Notes: a model not told the origin generated them from the letters alone. 64,000 nucleotides of DNA from Myxococcota bacterium (GCA_039208735.1 JBCCQY010000006.1:1-64000); one strand, 5' to 3'; shown: positions 11,201 through 21,116, counted from the stretch's first letter. Translations and numbers: made by a program.

Positions 11201-14200
11201 TTCCAGGCGTGGGTTCGAGTTCGAACGCCTCTTGGCGTCCGTCTGGCCAACGAACAACCGCAATGTGCGGCTTGATTGACTTCGTACAGATTGGGACGAA
11301 GATCGAACCAGAGCCACAGGACTCCTGGTACCAACCACCTTCTCCCAGAGGTCCGTTGATTGAGATCGTAGGGCCGTCTGTAGCGAATTCCCATCCATAT
11401 CCAAAGTCCCCGACTTCATCCTTCCGAAGAGTCGTGTACCGACGAGTCAACGGCAAGGACATGGCAGAGTTCTTCCACGTCGCATCCAGGAATGCGACAT
11501 CGTACGAGCCTAGCTTCATCTGCCCGGCTACCTCTACCGCCACGGTGGTCGAGCCGGCCCGCCCGAAGGTATCGATAATCTTAATCTCAACTTCGTGTAG
11601 GCCATTGTCGAGCAACGTGGGGTCGAGCGTGCCCAATTCAGCCGGGAACGGTCCGGTCCCTGACGCAATTCCCGTCACCTCCCATGATGCGACCGTGGCC
11701 CCATCGTTGATGTCGACGGAGGCTACGATCGGCGTGGGCACCGCAACTCGGCTCCCCTCGGAAGGCGACGTCACGTCGAAGAACGCCACCCCCCCGGCCG
11801 GTGGCAAGCTCCCCTGCAGGGTGATGGCATACGCCTGCTCGGCAACGGCGCCTTGGGGATCGGTGGCGCGGACGAGCACATCAAACGGGGCCGAAGCCGT
11901 GGCTGGCGCTGTCCAAGTGATGACACCTTGGGTTGAAATCAGCATGCCCGAAGGCGCGGTTGGAAGAGAGTAGGTCAGAGCTTCCAGCTCCGGATCCACG
12001 ACCTTCACCGGATAGGTATAGGAATCGTTGGGCTCGACATCGCGAACCGGCGTGCTCACGAAGTAGGGCGTGCCATTCGGAGCGGTCGCGCGCACATCGA
12101 GGCTGTAGCTTTGCTCGGCCTGGCCTCCTTGACCATCGCTCACCACGAGCGTCACTGTCTGTGCGCCAACCTGGGCGGCGGTAGGCGTAAACGTCACCAA
12201 CCCGGTCGCGGAGTCCACGGTCATTCCGGTGGGGGCGGTTGTCAACGACCACGTCAGTGGGTCGAGGTCCGCGTCGTCGGCCGTCGCGGCGTATTCGTAT
12301 TCGGTGTCCACCACCGCAATGAGGTTTGGCAAGCTGGTGATGCGCGGGGCCGACGTGTCACCGGTCGGTGCACCCACCGTCAGCGTGAACGCCTGATTGG
12401 CCACGGCGCCATTGCCATCGGAGGCCTGCAGACCCACGACGTAAGAGCCATCGGCCGGACCGGTCCAGCGCACTTCGCCACTGGCATTGACCGTCATCCC
12501 CGATGGCGCGGCCGCCAGTGTGTATGTCACGGTGTCGCCATCGGCGTCCCAGGCGTTTGCATCATACGCATAGTCCGACCCACTGTTGATTTGAGTCAAC
12601 GGTGCCGTCGTGAACAGTGGCGGACGATTCGGAGACGCCGGACCGACCGTCACGACATACCGCTGATCCGCGATGCCGCCCGCTCCGTCGCTTGCTCGCA
12701 CCGATACATCGAAGCTTCCTTCCACGCCTGCACCTGGCGTCCACGAGATCGTGCCTGACGTCAAGGTCATGCCCGCAGGCGCCATCTCGAGATCGAAGCT
12801 GACGGGCTGGCCGTTCGGGTCGGATGCTGTAGGGAGGTAGGTGTAGGTCCCGCCAGGCAACACCTGTGTCGGCGGGGCGGAGGTGAAGTAGGGGGGCACG
12901 TTGCTTGGGGCAAGCCAACGTCGGGTGAACTGGACGTTGGTCTGGTTTGGATTGGCGAAGGTCAGATCGCCGGCCGATGTGGTGCCCCCCATCGCCAACG
13001 TCTGTCCGGCAGGGAGGATTTCGTAATAGGCCTCGCCTGTGGGCAACGTTCCCGCGGTGTTCAGCGGCGTGACCGAGCTATCGAGGTCGTTGCCAACCAC
13101 GAACAACAACGGACCGGGCAAGTCTGCCGCCTTGTTGTACGCGGCGACCTTTCCGAGCAACCGCTGGTTATCCCGCGGAAACGCCGTCAACGAAAACACG
13201 TCGTCGATGCGTGAGGTGACGTCGAAGTAGCCCGCGAGCGGTCCGCCGCCAGCGGGGTCGCCGCCCTCATACGAAACCTCGATCGCATACTCCCCACAGG
13301 ACTGTTGGAGGCCCAGCGTGAAGGTGTTGGTGCCCGGTTGTAGGGTGACTTCGGTGAAAAAGGCGCCAGCTCCGTCGTAGACCTCCACGGGCAGCCCGTC
13401 GATGGTCACCCCGACCACCGGTCGCACCGTGTTGGCGGGCAGCACGTGGCCACTGATCATGATGGGTGTGCCCGTCGGCAACGTGGCCCCGGAAGCGGGA
13501 AAGATTCCGTCGATGTAGGGCTCGACCGCAACCTGTTGGGTGTCACAGGCCTTCGTCGCCACATCCGCGACGACCGCAAGCATTTCACCCGGCACGAACG
13601 TGGCTGGCGTGTGGGTTCCCGCGGTTTCCTGGGCCATCAATTCGCCCAGTGCAAGGGTCGCCTCGTCCAACTCGGCTTCGGTTTGGATGGGGGAAACCAC
13701 GACGCCGGCGAGCTTCGCAATCTGTGCGGCCCAGACGATCGCATCGTCATCTTGGAGGGTCAGCCCCGATCCGCAGTACGGCCCTTCGTCTCCGATCGGG
13801 ACCACCAAGCGAACGGCCCCTTCGCGCCACGGATAGCGCTCGGCCACCACGGCGGTGGCAAGGGCCCAGTCCTCGGCAATGCCCGCGGTCCCTCCGCCGA
13901 TGCATGTCCCAATCGCGGCAAGGTCCGGTGGAGGACCGCCAGGCACTTGGGCCCCGAGTTCCCCGATGACGGTGCTCGTTGCGCACGGAATGTAGTTCAG
14001 GTCGGAGATGCCCCAGTGCTGGTAGGTGACGGTGATGCCTTCGTTGCGCAGCTCCGCGATGAGGTCATCGGTGAGGTCACACATCTGTTGGGCTTCGTTG
14101 TTCATCGAAATCGAGGTGTCGAAGACGAAGACCACATCAAGTTCGTCGCAGTTTGCACACCCCACCACCGGGGTGGAGGGGGGGGTGGGACCCCGCACCT

Positions 14201-17200
14201 TGAACCAACTGGGGGGCGCATTGTGCGACGGCGGATCGAAGACGAGTTCGTAGGTGCCCGTGGCTAGCGAAAATGGCCCTTCATCGTCGGTCGAGTACCG
14301 CAACCACTGGTTGAGGAAAACCGGCGCGCCCACAGGGTCGCGTAGCGTCCACTCGCTTCGCGTGGTCATGGCCCGGAGGATGTCGAATGTGTACATCTCG
14401 CCGGGAGTGGTGACATCAAGCGTGTACCGCACCGTGCCGCCAGGCGTCACGATCCGAACGTCCTCCACAAACCCGAGGCGCACCTCACCTCGGTCCGCAT
14501 CGACCACGTCTTGGACGACGAATCCGAGTGAGGCACCGGAGGTATGGCGGTTTTGGGTGCGCACCACAAGGGAGCCCGCGGGCACCGTCCACGGGCCGCT
14601 ATCGTCGTTGGTGGCGTTGACATTTGTGAAGTCAAAGAGCGTCCAACCGGTCGGCTCGTGCGTGATCGAAACGGCTTGGCCCGCGGATGTGGCCTGCTGC
14701 GCATCAAAATAGACTTTCTGCTCTTCGGCGAGAGGAATCGTCCACGTGAAGGCTTCTTGCGGCGTTCCGTAGGTATGATCGATGCGCTGACCCAACGCAG
14801 CCGTCGCCCCGCCTTCCGGAGCCGTGAGCAGCTCGAACGTCCAGTCGTAGACGTAGTCGCCGTTGGGGTCGATCACGAGTTCATACGTGCCCGCATGCAG
14901 GGCAAAGGGTCCCCGGTCAGCGTTCACCTGCTGGTTTCCGAAGACCGATCGACCGACAGGGTCGTACAGATTCCAGCGAAGTTGCGCATTGCCGTCGCGA
15001 TAGTCGAGCACGGCACGGGGCACATCGGTCGGGATTTGCAGGGTGTAGGTGACCGCAGATCCTGGTGATTGGACAATGCCCGTGACTTCGGTGCCCATCG
15101 TGGCCAACAGGGTTTCGTCGAAAACTTCACGGAAGCGGAACTGGTAGGCGGGGACATTGTCGTAGGTCGCATACACCTTCAACGTGTACGTGTCCGGCTG
15201 CAGGTGCCAGGGACCAAGTCCGCTTGCGTACATTGCGCCGGCAGCTTGTACATCCTGGCCTGCCGAGTCCATGAGCTGCCAACGCACTTTGTTGTCGCCC
15301 TGGATGTGCTCGAGGAACACGTTGGTGGCCGTGGCCAACGTCAGTGTGTACTCGTGGCGGAACCCGGGCAAGAGCGTTGGGTTGGCCACGGTCTGCTCGA
15401 GGGCAATCGCCGTGGCGGCCACCGGTGCAGTGTCGTGCACCTTGAAGCGATAGGCGGGCTGGCCGTTCGTAGGATCCGTCATCGACAGCGTGTACGTGCC
15501 TGCGGCCAAGGGCAATGGCCCATGGTCGTTGGTCCCGGTGTACCGTGCGTCGCTTGAAAAGACGGCCTGTCCAGCCGGGTCCACGAGTTCCCAGTTGAGG
15601 TCCTTTTCGCCCTGCAACAGGTCGACGTAGACGGTGGTTGGGCTCGCCAACGTCAGCGAGTGATGGTCGGGCCCCCCGCCCGCGGAGACATTGCCCGAGA
15701 CCTCGGTGCCGAGGGTTACGGCGGTGCCGGAGGGTGCCGTGTAGGTCGAAAGGCCCTCATCGACGACTTCGAGCGTAAACGCTCCCGACGATCCGTTGCC
15801 CTCGGGCATCACGATGACGGTGTACGTGCCTCCCATCAGAGCCAAATCCTGAATCGTCGCCAGACTGGCGGTCTGCTTGACGATCTCTCGGCCTTCGCTG
15901 TCGATCACCCGGAAGTTCATGCCGGTGGAATTCGTCAGGTTGGTCGTCAGAAGATCGACCACCTGGCCTGTCGGCACGGTCAACGTGTAGTGGTACTCCT
16001 TGCCCATGGCGTCGATGGTTCCGCTGGTGGTGCCACCCAACGTTAGCGTGCCCGTCACGAGCGTCTTGGGCACCAGCGTGAAGTTGACACTCCCGATCTG
16101 GCCGTTGTCGCCCTTCAAGGTCAGCGTATGGGTACCCGCGGTAGCAAACTTGAGATTGCGTACATCGTTGGCAGCCGTCGAACTGAAAATGTAATCCCGA
16201 CTAAGGCTATCCTTGAGTTCCCACGCCAGGAAGTTCGTGCTCGTGCCCCCCGTGACGTCGATCGACAGTACGTCGCCCGCGGCTACGCTGAAGGTGTGGT
16301 CCTTGCGCTGACCCGGCATCGTCAGGGCGGACGTGACCGGAGTTCCCACGGTGATCGCCTGGGTCGTGTCGGTCACCGTGTTCATCCGCCACGTGACCGA
16401 CCCGCCGTTCGTGTTGGGTTCCGCTCGGATACTCAGCGTGTAGTCACCGGCCATGAGCCCTTCGCGGGCCCGGTCGGCCGCGCTCGGGGTCCAGGGAAAG
16501 ATGACGTTTCCGTTGGCTGCGGCAAGCGTCCAGTTCACCGCATTGGTCGTGGTGCCGCTGATGACCTCGAGGCTGTACGACCCGTCGGTCGGGATGGAGA
16601 GCGCCACATCTACCTGCTCCCCAACGCTCACGGCCGTCGTCGTGGAGGTGTCGACCGTAGTGGTGCTCGTCGTGACGGGCGCCTCCACCACCGCAAAGGA
16701 GTAGGTCGAGGTTTTCCCAAGTTCGGAGCGCAGTTCGAACGTCACCGTGCCAGCGGGGAACTCGTAGGGGCCAATGTCATTGAATGACGTCGTCAGCCCG
16801 TGCCGCACGTTGCCAAGACCATCGGTTAGCAGCGCGTTGATGCTATTGGCCGCGCTCGCGGTCTGCCGGTCGATGGCGATGCGCGTGGGCGCCGCTAACT
16901 CAAGGGTAAAGGTATCGATCTCACCGCGCTCGGTCAGCTCACTGGTGAACACCTGCCCTAGGGTGATGGCGGTGGTCGAGTCATTCGGGGCCACCAACTC
17001 GAAGTTCACCGTTCCCGTCTTGCCCGCAAGCGCTTGAACCGTGAGTTCGTAGTCCCCGCCCATCAGGCTCACGGGGCCCATGGCAGCGAGGTTCCCGGTG
17101 CCGTAGTGCGACACCACCTGCCGGCCATACCCATCGGCGACCCACCAGTCCAGGTTCTTGCCGCTCGATTGAGAAGCCGGGTAGACGTACACTCGCTGGC

Positions 17201-17402
17201 CCGCGGGGACCGCAAAGCTAAAGCTTGCCGAGCCCCCCGCGGTACTGATCGCCGCCGTGTGCGCGCTCCCTAAGGTGATAGGGGTTGGGGCTGAGGCGGT
17301 GGCCGGCCCCAACCAAAACGCAAGGATCAACGCAAGCCCAAGCGAGGAGGCAAGGGCTGCCCACACGGCCCGAATTCGGCCGGTGAAGGGAAGGAAACGC
17401 AT
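8235..17402 (-). CDS. Giant secreted RHS/YD-repeat protein with PPC-like repeats, vWA, Ig/cadherin-like repeats and a C-terminal tip
   Basis: Signal peptide; about ten ~100-aa repeats (LxAGxYxL); vWA DTSIS; four NxxPxFxSxP Ig repeats; GDFGYGW; YD repeats; RHS core ending EDP...PTYLYDPTG. Confidence 0.92.
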   Translation of the reverse strand: MRFLPFTGRIRAVWAALASSLGLALILAFWLGPATASAPTPITLGSAHTAAISTAGGSASFSFAVPAGQRVYVYPASQSSGKNLDWWVADGYGRQVVSHYGTGNLAAMGPVSLMGGDYELTVQALAGKTGTVNFELVAPNDSTTAITLGQVFTSELTERGEIDTFTLELAAPTRIAIDRQTASAANSINALLTDGLGNVRHGLTTSFNDIGPYEFPAGTVTFELRSELGKTSTYSFAVVEAPVTTSTTTVDTSTTTAVSVGEQVDVALSIPTDGSYSLEVISGTTTNAVNWTLAAANGNVIFPWTPSAADRAREGLMAGDYTLSIRAEPNTNGGSVTWRMNTVTDTTQAITVGTPVTSALTMPGQRKDHTFSVAAGDVLSIDVTGGTSTNFLAWELKDSLSRDYIFSSTAANDVRNLKFATAGTHTLTLKGDNGQIGSVNFTLVPKTLVTGTLTLGGTTSGTIDAMGKEYHYTLTVPTGQVVDLLTTNLTNSTGMNFRVIDSEGREIVKQTASLATIQDLALMGGTYTVIVMPEGNGSSGAFTLEVVDEGLSTYTAPSGTAVTLGTEVSGNVSAGGGPDHHSLTLASPTTVYVDLLQGEKDLNWELVDPAGQAVFSSDARYTGTNDHGPLPLAAGTYTLSMTDPTNGQPAYRFKVHDTAPVAATAIALEQTVANPTLLPGFRHEYTLTLATATNVFLEHIQGDNKVRWQLMDSAGQDVQAAGAMYASGLGPWHLQPDTYTLKVYATYDNVPAYQFRFREVFDETLLATMGTEVTGIVQSPGSAVTYTLQIPTDVPRAVLDYRDGNAQLRWNLYDPVGRSVFGNQQVNADRGPFALHAGTYELVIDPNGDYVYDWTFELLTAPEGGATAALGQRIDHTYGTPQEAFTWTIPLAEEQKVYFDAQQATSAGQAVSITHEPTGWTLFDFTNVNATNDDSGPWTVPAGSLVVRTQNRHTSGASLGFVVQDVVDADRGEVRLGFVEDVRIVTPGGTVRYTLDVTTPGEMYTFDILRAMTTRSEWTLRDPVGAPVFLNQWLRYSTDDEGPFSLATGTYELVFDPPSHNAPPSWFKVRGPTPPSTPVVGCANCDELDVVFVFDTSISMNNEAQQMCDLTDDLIAELRNEGITVTYQHWGISDLNYIPCATSTVIGELGAQVPGGPPPDLAAIGTCIGGGTAGIAEDWALATAVVAERYPWREGAVRLVVPIGDEGPYCGSGLTLQDDDAIVWAAQIAKLAGVVVSPIQTEAELDEATLALGELMAQETAGTHTPATFVPGEMLAVVADVATKACDTQQVAVEPYIDGIFPASGATLPTGTPIMISGHVLPANTVRPVVGVTIDGLPVEVYDGAGAFFTEVTLQPGTNTFTLGLQQSCGEYAIEVSYEGGDPAGGGPLAGYFDVTSRIDDVFSLTAFPRDNQRLLGKVAAYNKAADLPGPLLFVVGNDLDSSVTPLNTAGTLPTGEAYYEILPAGQTLAMGGTTSAGDLTFANPNQTNVQFTRRWLAPSNVPPYFTSAPPTQVLPGGTYTYLPTASDPNGQPVSFDLEMAPAGMTLTSGTISWTPGAGVEGSFDVSVRASDGAGGIADQRYVVTVGPASPNRPPLFTTAPLTQINSGSDYAYDANAWDADGDTVTYTLAAAPSGMTVNASGEVRWTGPADGSYVVGLQASDGNGAVANQAFTLTVGAPTGDTSAPRITSLPNLIAVVDTEYEYAATADDADLDPLTWSLTTAPTGMTVDSATGLVTFTPTAAQVGAQTVTLVVSDGQGGQAEQSYSLDVRATAPNGTPYFVSTPVRDVEPNDSYTYPVKVVDPELEALTYSLPTAPSGMLISTQGVITWTAPATASAPFDVLVRATDPQGAVAEQAYAITLQGSLPPAGGVAFFDVTSPSEGSRVAVPTPIVASVDINDGATVASWEVTGIASGTGPFPAELGTLDPTLLDNGLHEVEIKIIDTFGRAGSTTVAVEVAGQMKLGSYDVAFLDATWKNSAMSLPLTRRYTTLRKDEVGDFGYGWEFATDGPTISINGPLGEGGWYQESCGSGSIFVPICTKSIKPHIAVVRWPDGRQEAFELEPTPGSSFFAAAVPVAWKQRPGAYSSLRPTSLDTTALYGGAGNLLGGIGGGGLYNPTQFWLTDPSGVEYLLDVNAGMKEMVLPPSNRIEFRTDGIYPESGTATTWVRDGHGRITSMTLPSNETFTYAYDSAGDLVSVTDSDGDMTRFVYDSAHRLMSYNVDGRPPVAQIVYGPDGRVESITDAQGVLTTESSNSTAYTHVVTGPDPGLTQTTEYDSDGMMVKRTYSYVDPDGAPQNLVEEWTYDQNYYRATHTLTTGAVESWQHDEQGRQIQHVDSAGVVREWDYGPFGQLMARREDGDVVETTTFDAAGLPFEVRRGDGTLARRMTYTSRGLPLTVENGAGQVLTLDYGSDLQLDSIQIPDYAGSSDIINVTHDARGQLTSHTRSFTGGVGTTSITYDANGNRKTITNPLNHVMTFTYDEFDRPTTYTDKLGRTVTWTYDENGRELTRTNRNGEVVTRTYDAAGRLATVQGPGVDKQYQYDALGRVVLSRSGDHTETRKYSGAKLIEVTVSGTPGSGHVGHTWTIGMDNADRIETLTGESQSVTHGYDSRGRLSTVTEASLGTYSIGYDIAGRRSSLTRPNGVTTTTSFNASGQAESVITTDLIGATLHQVLNTYNGRGQPDTTTDSAGTHTYSYDIAGRLTFVDHPAAAAFSDESYTYDTAGRRTSSHRDPVSDVIYDAADKLLQDATYTYLYDLEGRRISRTHRITSAITTYSYNALDQLVSLDEGGVSWTFSYDANDLRVQVQNDAGYGEAFVYDLNGLARATYDLTGTRTAGFLTSDRMGDVLAKLDGGLHEDAVRDHLGTTVGWLNGTTGQVAGLVSRDAFGVRAALPSAVVPYGYTGHAEDPTGMVWARARCMAPSTGTWNSEDPAYHEPRYLYARGAPTYLYDPTGTETAISYNKQAVMGCAMGFYVGQFTGAVMVASIRWAADRNRGTLTIGDFLTWQGLALAQCLLGSKVAVHFAKNEVKEAWWLIGGAVSAGLIKLGNDQNK

Positions 17403-17772
17403 CACGAATGCTCCGAACGGGACAACGCCAAGAAACAGCAATCCAAATCCCCTCGCCGGAAAAGGCGGGGTTGACTGGAGATTTGGCCGCCATCACCATA
17501 CTGGTGAATTCGGATGTTGGCGACAATCGGCGTTGGTCAACGCTTTCAGAACCTTTCAATGTCCTGAGAGTAATGGGTCAAACTATTCTAATTGAAATTA
17601 AACAACTTTGGGGAACGTGAAGCGAATCGATCAACATTCCCGCCACCGCGGTGTCTTGGACCGATGTCAAAACTCCGATTCGGGTGGGATCGCGGCTTCT
17701 GGGGTAGCCAGCGCGCCCTGCATCGTGTTCAATGGTCAACGAGATTCGACACTTCTCCAACTCACACTACCG

Positions 17773-18843
17773 ATGGGGTTCACGATGCCACCGGCCGCTT
17801 CCCTACGTTTCGCTGTGCTCGCCGTTGTGCTGCTGTTGCCTTCATCGCAAACATGGGCGGTCGATAATGGCGACTTTGCCAATGGCCTTACCGATTGGCA
17901 GACGGAAACTAGCCCCACGACCACGCCAGCGGGTGAGGTGGTGATGGTGGACGGTTCTGCTGAACTTCGAGAGGGCGGCGCCTTTCTTGTGAGTGTGAAG
18001 CAGACCTTCGCCATTCCGAGCAGTGCGCTTACCTTGAAGTTTGACGTGGTAGGTCTAGCGTCGGACCTTTCGGGTGATTTGTTGCTCGATGCCTTTGAAG
18101 CCAGCTTGGTGGATGCCCAGGGGGCTAGTCTTGTGCCGGTTCATCGCGCAGGTACAACGTCGTTCCTGAACCGTCAGGAGGATGGGAGCGGGTCGACGGG
18201 AACCGGCGTGACGGTGACTGAGGGCACCAATGTGGCGCACGTTTCCGTCAACCTTGCGGGGATTGCGACCGGGACCCAGGCAACATTTGTCGCGTCGCTC
18301 ATCAACGGCGATACGGATACGGGAAGTCGAGTTCGCATTGACAATGTCGAGATCGATACAGGTATCTTCGATACCGACGGTTGTGACTACTCCTTTACCG
18401 TTACGGGCTCGGATGGCGCGCTCAAGCGCACGAACTTCAACGATGTGCTGTCCTATACGCTGACGTTCACGGGCACGAGTGGCTACTACAAACTCTACAA
18501 GGGCGATGTTGCGGAATCGGGGGGAAGTCAGAAGAACGAGTCGAGCTACTTCCGCATCACCAACACGACCAACCCCAACGGGTATCCCGAGGCGTCGGTC
18601 GCCAATTGCGGCAACGACTACATCGTTCAGGACTACGACAACGATGGCCAAATCTCGGACCGGGTCTACCTGGGCACGTTCTGGCTCGAGTCGGGCGTCA
18701 CCAACACGTTGGAGATGCGTCATTACTGCGATGGCACCGAGGTAACCTGTCCGCAGTTTCTCCATCCGAACGAGACCTGCAACGGTTCCTTCAACTCGGT
18801 TCACTTCTACACAGGCACGTTGACGTGTGGCGAAGACCCGTGA
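17773..18843 (+). CDS. Secreted two-domain protein divergent from the RHS gene
   Basis: Signal peptide; NGDF...W jelly-roll-like domain ending VRIDNV; Cys-rich C-terminal domain; start could be 17785. Confidence 0.75.
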   Translation: MGFTMPPAASLRFAVLAVVLLLPSSQTWAVDNGDFANGLTDWQTETSPTTTPAGEVVMVDGSAELREGGAFLVSVKQTFAIPSSALTLKFDVVGLASDLSGDLLLDAFEASLVDAQGASLVPVHRAGTTSFLNRQEDGSGSTGTGVTVTEGTNVAHVSVNLAGIATGTQATFVASLINGDTDTGSRVRIDNVEIDTGIFDTDGCDYSFTVTGSDGALKRTNFNDVLSYTLTFTGTSGYYKLYKGDVAESGGSQKNESSYFRITNTTNPNGYPEASVANCGNDYIVQDYDNDGQISDRVYLGTFWLESGVTNTLEMRHYCDGTEVTCPQFLHPNETCNGSFNSVHFYTGTLTCGEDP

Positions 18844-19056
18844 TGGTAGCGGAGGGTGGAAGCCTCGGTTCTCGTAATTGAGGGAGGCAGCTCATTGCGA
18901 GGGAACCGTCGGAGCTGGGCGTGCGGCGGGGCGTGAAGGCTGGTGTAGACCGGCTTTACGCTTCGATGCGCCGAAGGAAATTTGGTAGAACATATTTCCC
19001 TTTAGTGCCAATTGTAGGGTTTGTTCCGGTTTGTTCCGGTGGGGGGCGGTCGGAGG

Positions 19057-19632
19057 TTATCGGCTTGCGCTTCCGATGTGACGAATGAGTTGCGCACTCG
19101 CAGCAGAGATGGGTTTCGTGCTGCGGAGGGCCCGCGAGAGCGTCACGGCACCTTCGTAGGTCATCACAATGACCAAGCTCATTTCCGCCGCATCGGAAGG
19201 GCCCCATCCTGAAGCGACCAACCCATCTCGATACGCCTCAATCCATGCTTCAAAGACCTTCGAGGTGGCGGCTTGAATCGCCGTCGAAACCGCAGCTGCC
19301 TCCGTGGCCGGAACGCCAATCGGGCATCCCAGCCGAAACTCGGATGCTTCAAGCTCCTTGCGAAGGGCCTCAAAAATGATGCCGATCGCAGCCGCAACGG
19401 TGGGTGCATCCGCTAGGACCTTGCGGATCCGCTGGGCTCCGTAAAGCCCCTCCTCTCGGATCGACGTAGCCGCGAGTTCTTCCTTGCCCCCGGGAAACGC
19501 GTGGTACATTGAACCCGATGATACACCGGTTTCCCCGAGCAACTCCTTCATGCTCGTGGCTCCCAAGCCTCGGGTGCGCAAACTGTCGATCATGGCGGCA
19601 ATGAGCTTGTCGCGAGTGGTTGGAATGCTCAT
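19057..19632 (-). CDS. TetR/AcrR regulator (LmrA/YxaF-like)
   Basis: GSMYHAFPGGKEEL HTH; GCP motif; EGAVTLSR. Confidence 0.92.
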   Translation of the reverse strand: MSIPTTRDKLIAAMIDSLRTRGLGATSMKELLGETGVSSGSMYHAFPGGKEELAATSIREEGLYGAQRIRKVLADAPTVAAAIGIIFEALRKELEASEFRLGCPIGVPATEAAAVSTAIQAATSKVFEAWIEAYRDGLVASGWGPSDAAEMSLVIVMTYEGAVTLSRALRSTKPISAASAQLIRHIGSASR

Positions 19633-19644
19633 GGTCGCTGCAGC

Positions 19645-20505
19645 TTAACGAGATGCCGCAATGTGGGTCTGTGCGAAGTCCACGAAGCGTTGAAGCCATC
19701 TGCCGTCTGCATCCTCGTGGGAAAAGTGACCTGCACCCTCAAAGACCGTGAGTTCACTGTTCGGAAGGAGCGCGTGAAGCCGTTCGGCATTGGACGGGGG
19801 AACGAACCGGTCCTCGGCTCCCCAGGTGATCAGGATCGGGACCCTGGTGGAGGGGAGGCGCTCCTGAAGCAACGGTAGCTCCTTTGCGTAAGAGCCCAGG
19901 AAGTCGAAGGCATTGCGGTGCTTGACCGGGTCGAAGCAGATCGTTCGATACTCTTCGATAGCGTGGTCAGATGGGCGAAAGTGGTGGTAGCCATCTTTGG
20001 CCGCGACGTTGAGGTTTTGGCGCATCAGGCGTTGCCGGATGAGCGGGCGCGTGCCCAGCCATCGGATGACACCCGACCGGACGGCTCCGTCAAGCGCGGG
20101 GTCGAAGTCGGACGGCCACATGGCAGGTCCGTCATAGACGTTGACCCCAAGGAGGCGCTCGGGATGCGTTGAGGCGAGCCACAATGACACGGGTACGCCC
20201 ACGTCAGGGCCCACCAAGAAGGCGCGATCGATGCCGTTGGCGTCCATCACTTTGGTGAGCAATTCGGCCTGAGCCGATGGACGCATGACCTCGCCCGAAC
20301 CCGTCGACAACCCGAAGCCGGCCAGGTCGACCGCGAGAAGATCGAACCGTTCGGCGAGTCGATCCCACAACGACTCCCAACAGCGAATGGACTGCGGGAA
20401 CGCATTGGTCATCATGACGGTCGGTCGATTTCCCTCTGCGACTCGCGCGATACGAAGCTCAAAATCGCCAATCTGTTGCCGCTCGAATCTCATGACCATG
20501 CTCAC
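19645..20505 (-). CDS. Alpha/beta-fold hydrolase
   Basis: AVDLAGFGLS; nucleophile elbow GPDVG; AGHFSHED. Confidence 0.9.
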   Translation of the reverse strand: MSMVMRFERQQIGDFELRIARVAEGNRPTVMMTNAFPQSIRCWESLWDRLAERFDLLAVDLAGFGLSTGSGEVMRPSAQAELLTKVMDANGIDRAFLVGPDVGVPVSLWLASTHPERLLGVNVYDGPAMWPSDFDPALDGAVRSGVIRWLGTRPLIRQRLMRQNLNVAAKDGYHHFRPSDHAIEEYRTICFDPVKHRNAFDFLGSYAKELPLLQERLPSTRVPILITWGAEDRFVPPSNAERLHALLPNSELTVFEGAGHFSHEDADGRWLQRFVDFAQTHIAASR

Positions 20506-20512
20506 CTCTGTC

Positions 20513-20524
20513 TAGAACGTTCTA
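20513..20524. promoter_or_regulatory. Putative TetR operator
   Basis: Perfect palindrome TAGAACGTTCTA immediately upstream of the hydrolase-TetR operon; a second dyad ATCCAA-AC-TTGGAT is adjacent (20524-20537). Confidence 0.6.
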
Positions 20525-20642
20525 TCCAAACTTGGATGAGTTGTAAAGTGCTCCCAAACGTTCGTCGAGTCGCTCCAGGTGGTGCCAATCGAGGGTTCCC
20601 TGGCGGGCCAGGGGTTGCGTGAAAAGCGCTGTCCGGTCAGCG

Positions 20643-21116
20643 TTAGAGCTGCCGGATGTTGAGGTCTTGGATGACGGTGGCGAACGTGCACAGCGGGGGA
20701 CACTCAGGTCCATTGGGCTGGGCCACCTCGAGCTGTAGTTTGATCGACTCGTCTACCTCGGTCTTTCCGTCCCGGGTCACGCGGAGCTGAATGGGTGAAT
20801 CGAGATTCCCCGTCTCGATTAGCAAGTTTGCATTAAATTCAACCAAATCGATTTCGGCATCCGGGTTGGTGCATGATCGTTCGCCCAGGTCCCCATCAAC
20901 GTTGACGACTGCGTTGCACTCCACGGTAACCCCTTGGTTGTCCACCACGGAGATTTCGTAAACGCCAGGTGGGAGCGAAATCCTTCTGTTTTGGAGCTTG
21001 ATGGATACACCACTTTCGCAGTCGATTTCCGTGCAGGCCGATGACGGGTCGCATCCTCCCAGAACGGCGAAAAACCCTAGCAGGATAGTGTTCCTGAGCA
21101 TCGTGGCTGCCCTCAT
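20643..21116 (-). CDS. Small Cys-containing lipoprotein
   Basis: FAVLGGC lipobox; CTEIDC and PNGPECPPLC motifs. Confidence 0.75.
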   Translation of the reverse strand: MRAATMLRNTILLGFFAVLGGCDPSSACTEIDCESGVSIKLQNRRISLPPGVYEISVVDNQGVTVECNAVVNVDGDLGERSCTNPDAEIDLVEFNANLLIETGNLDSPIQLRVTRDGKTEVDESIKLQLEVAQPNGPECPPLCTFATVIQDLNIRQL

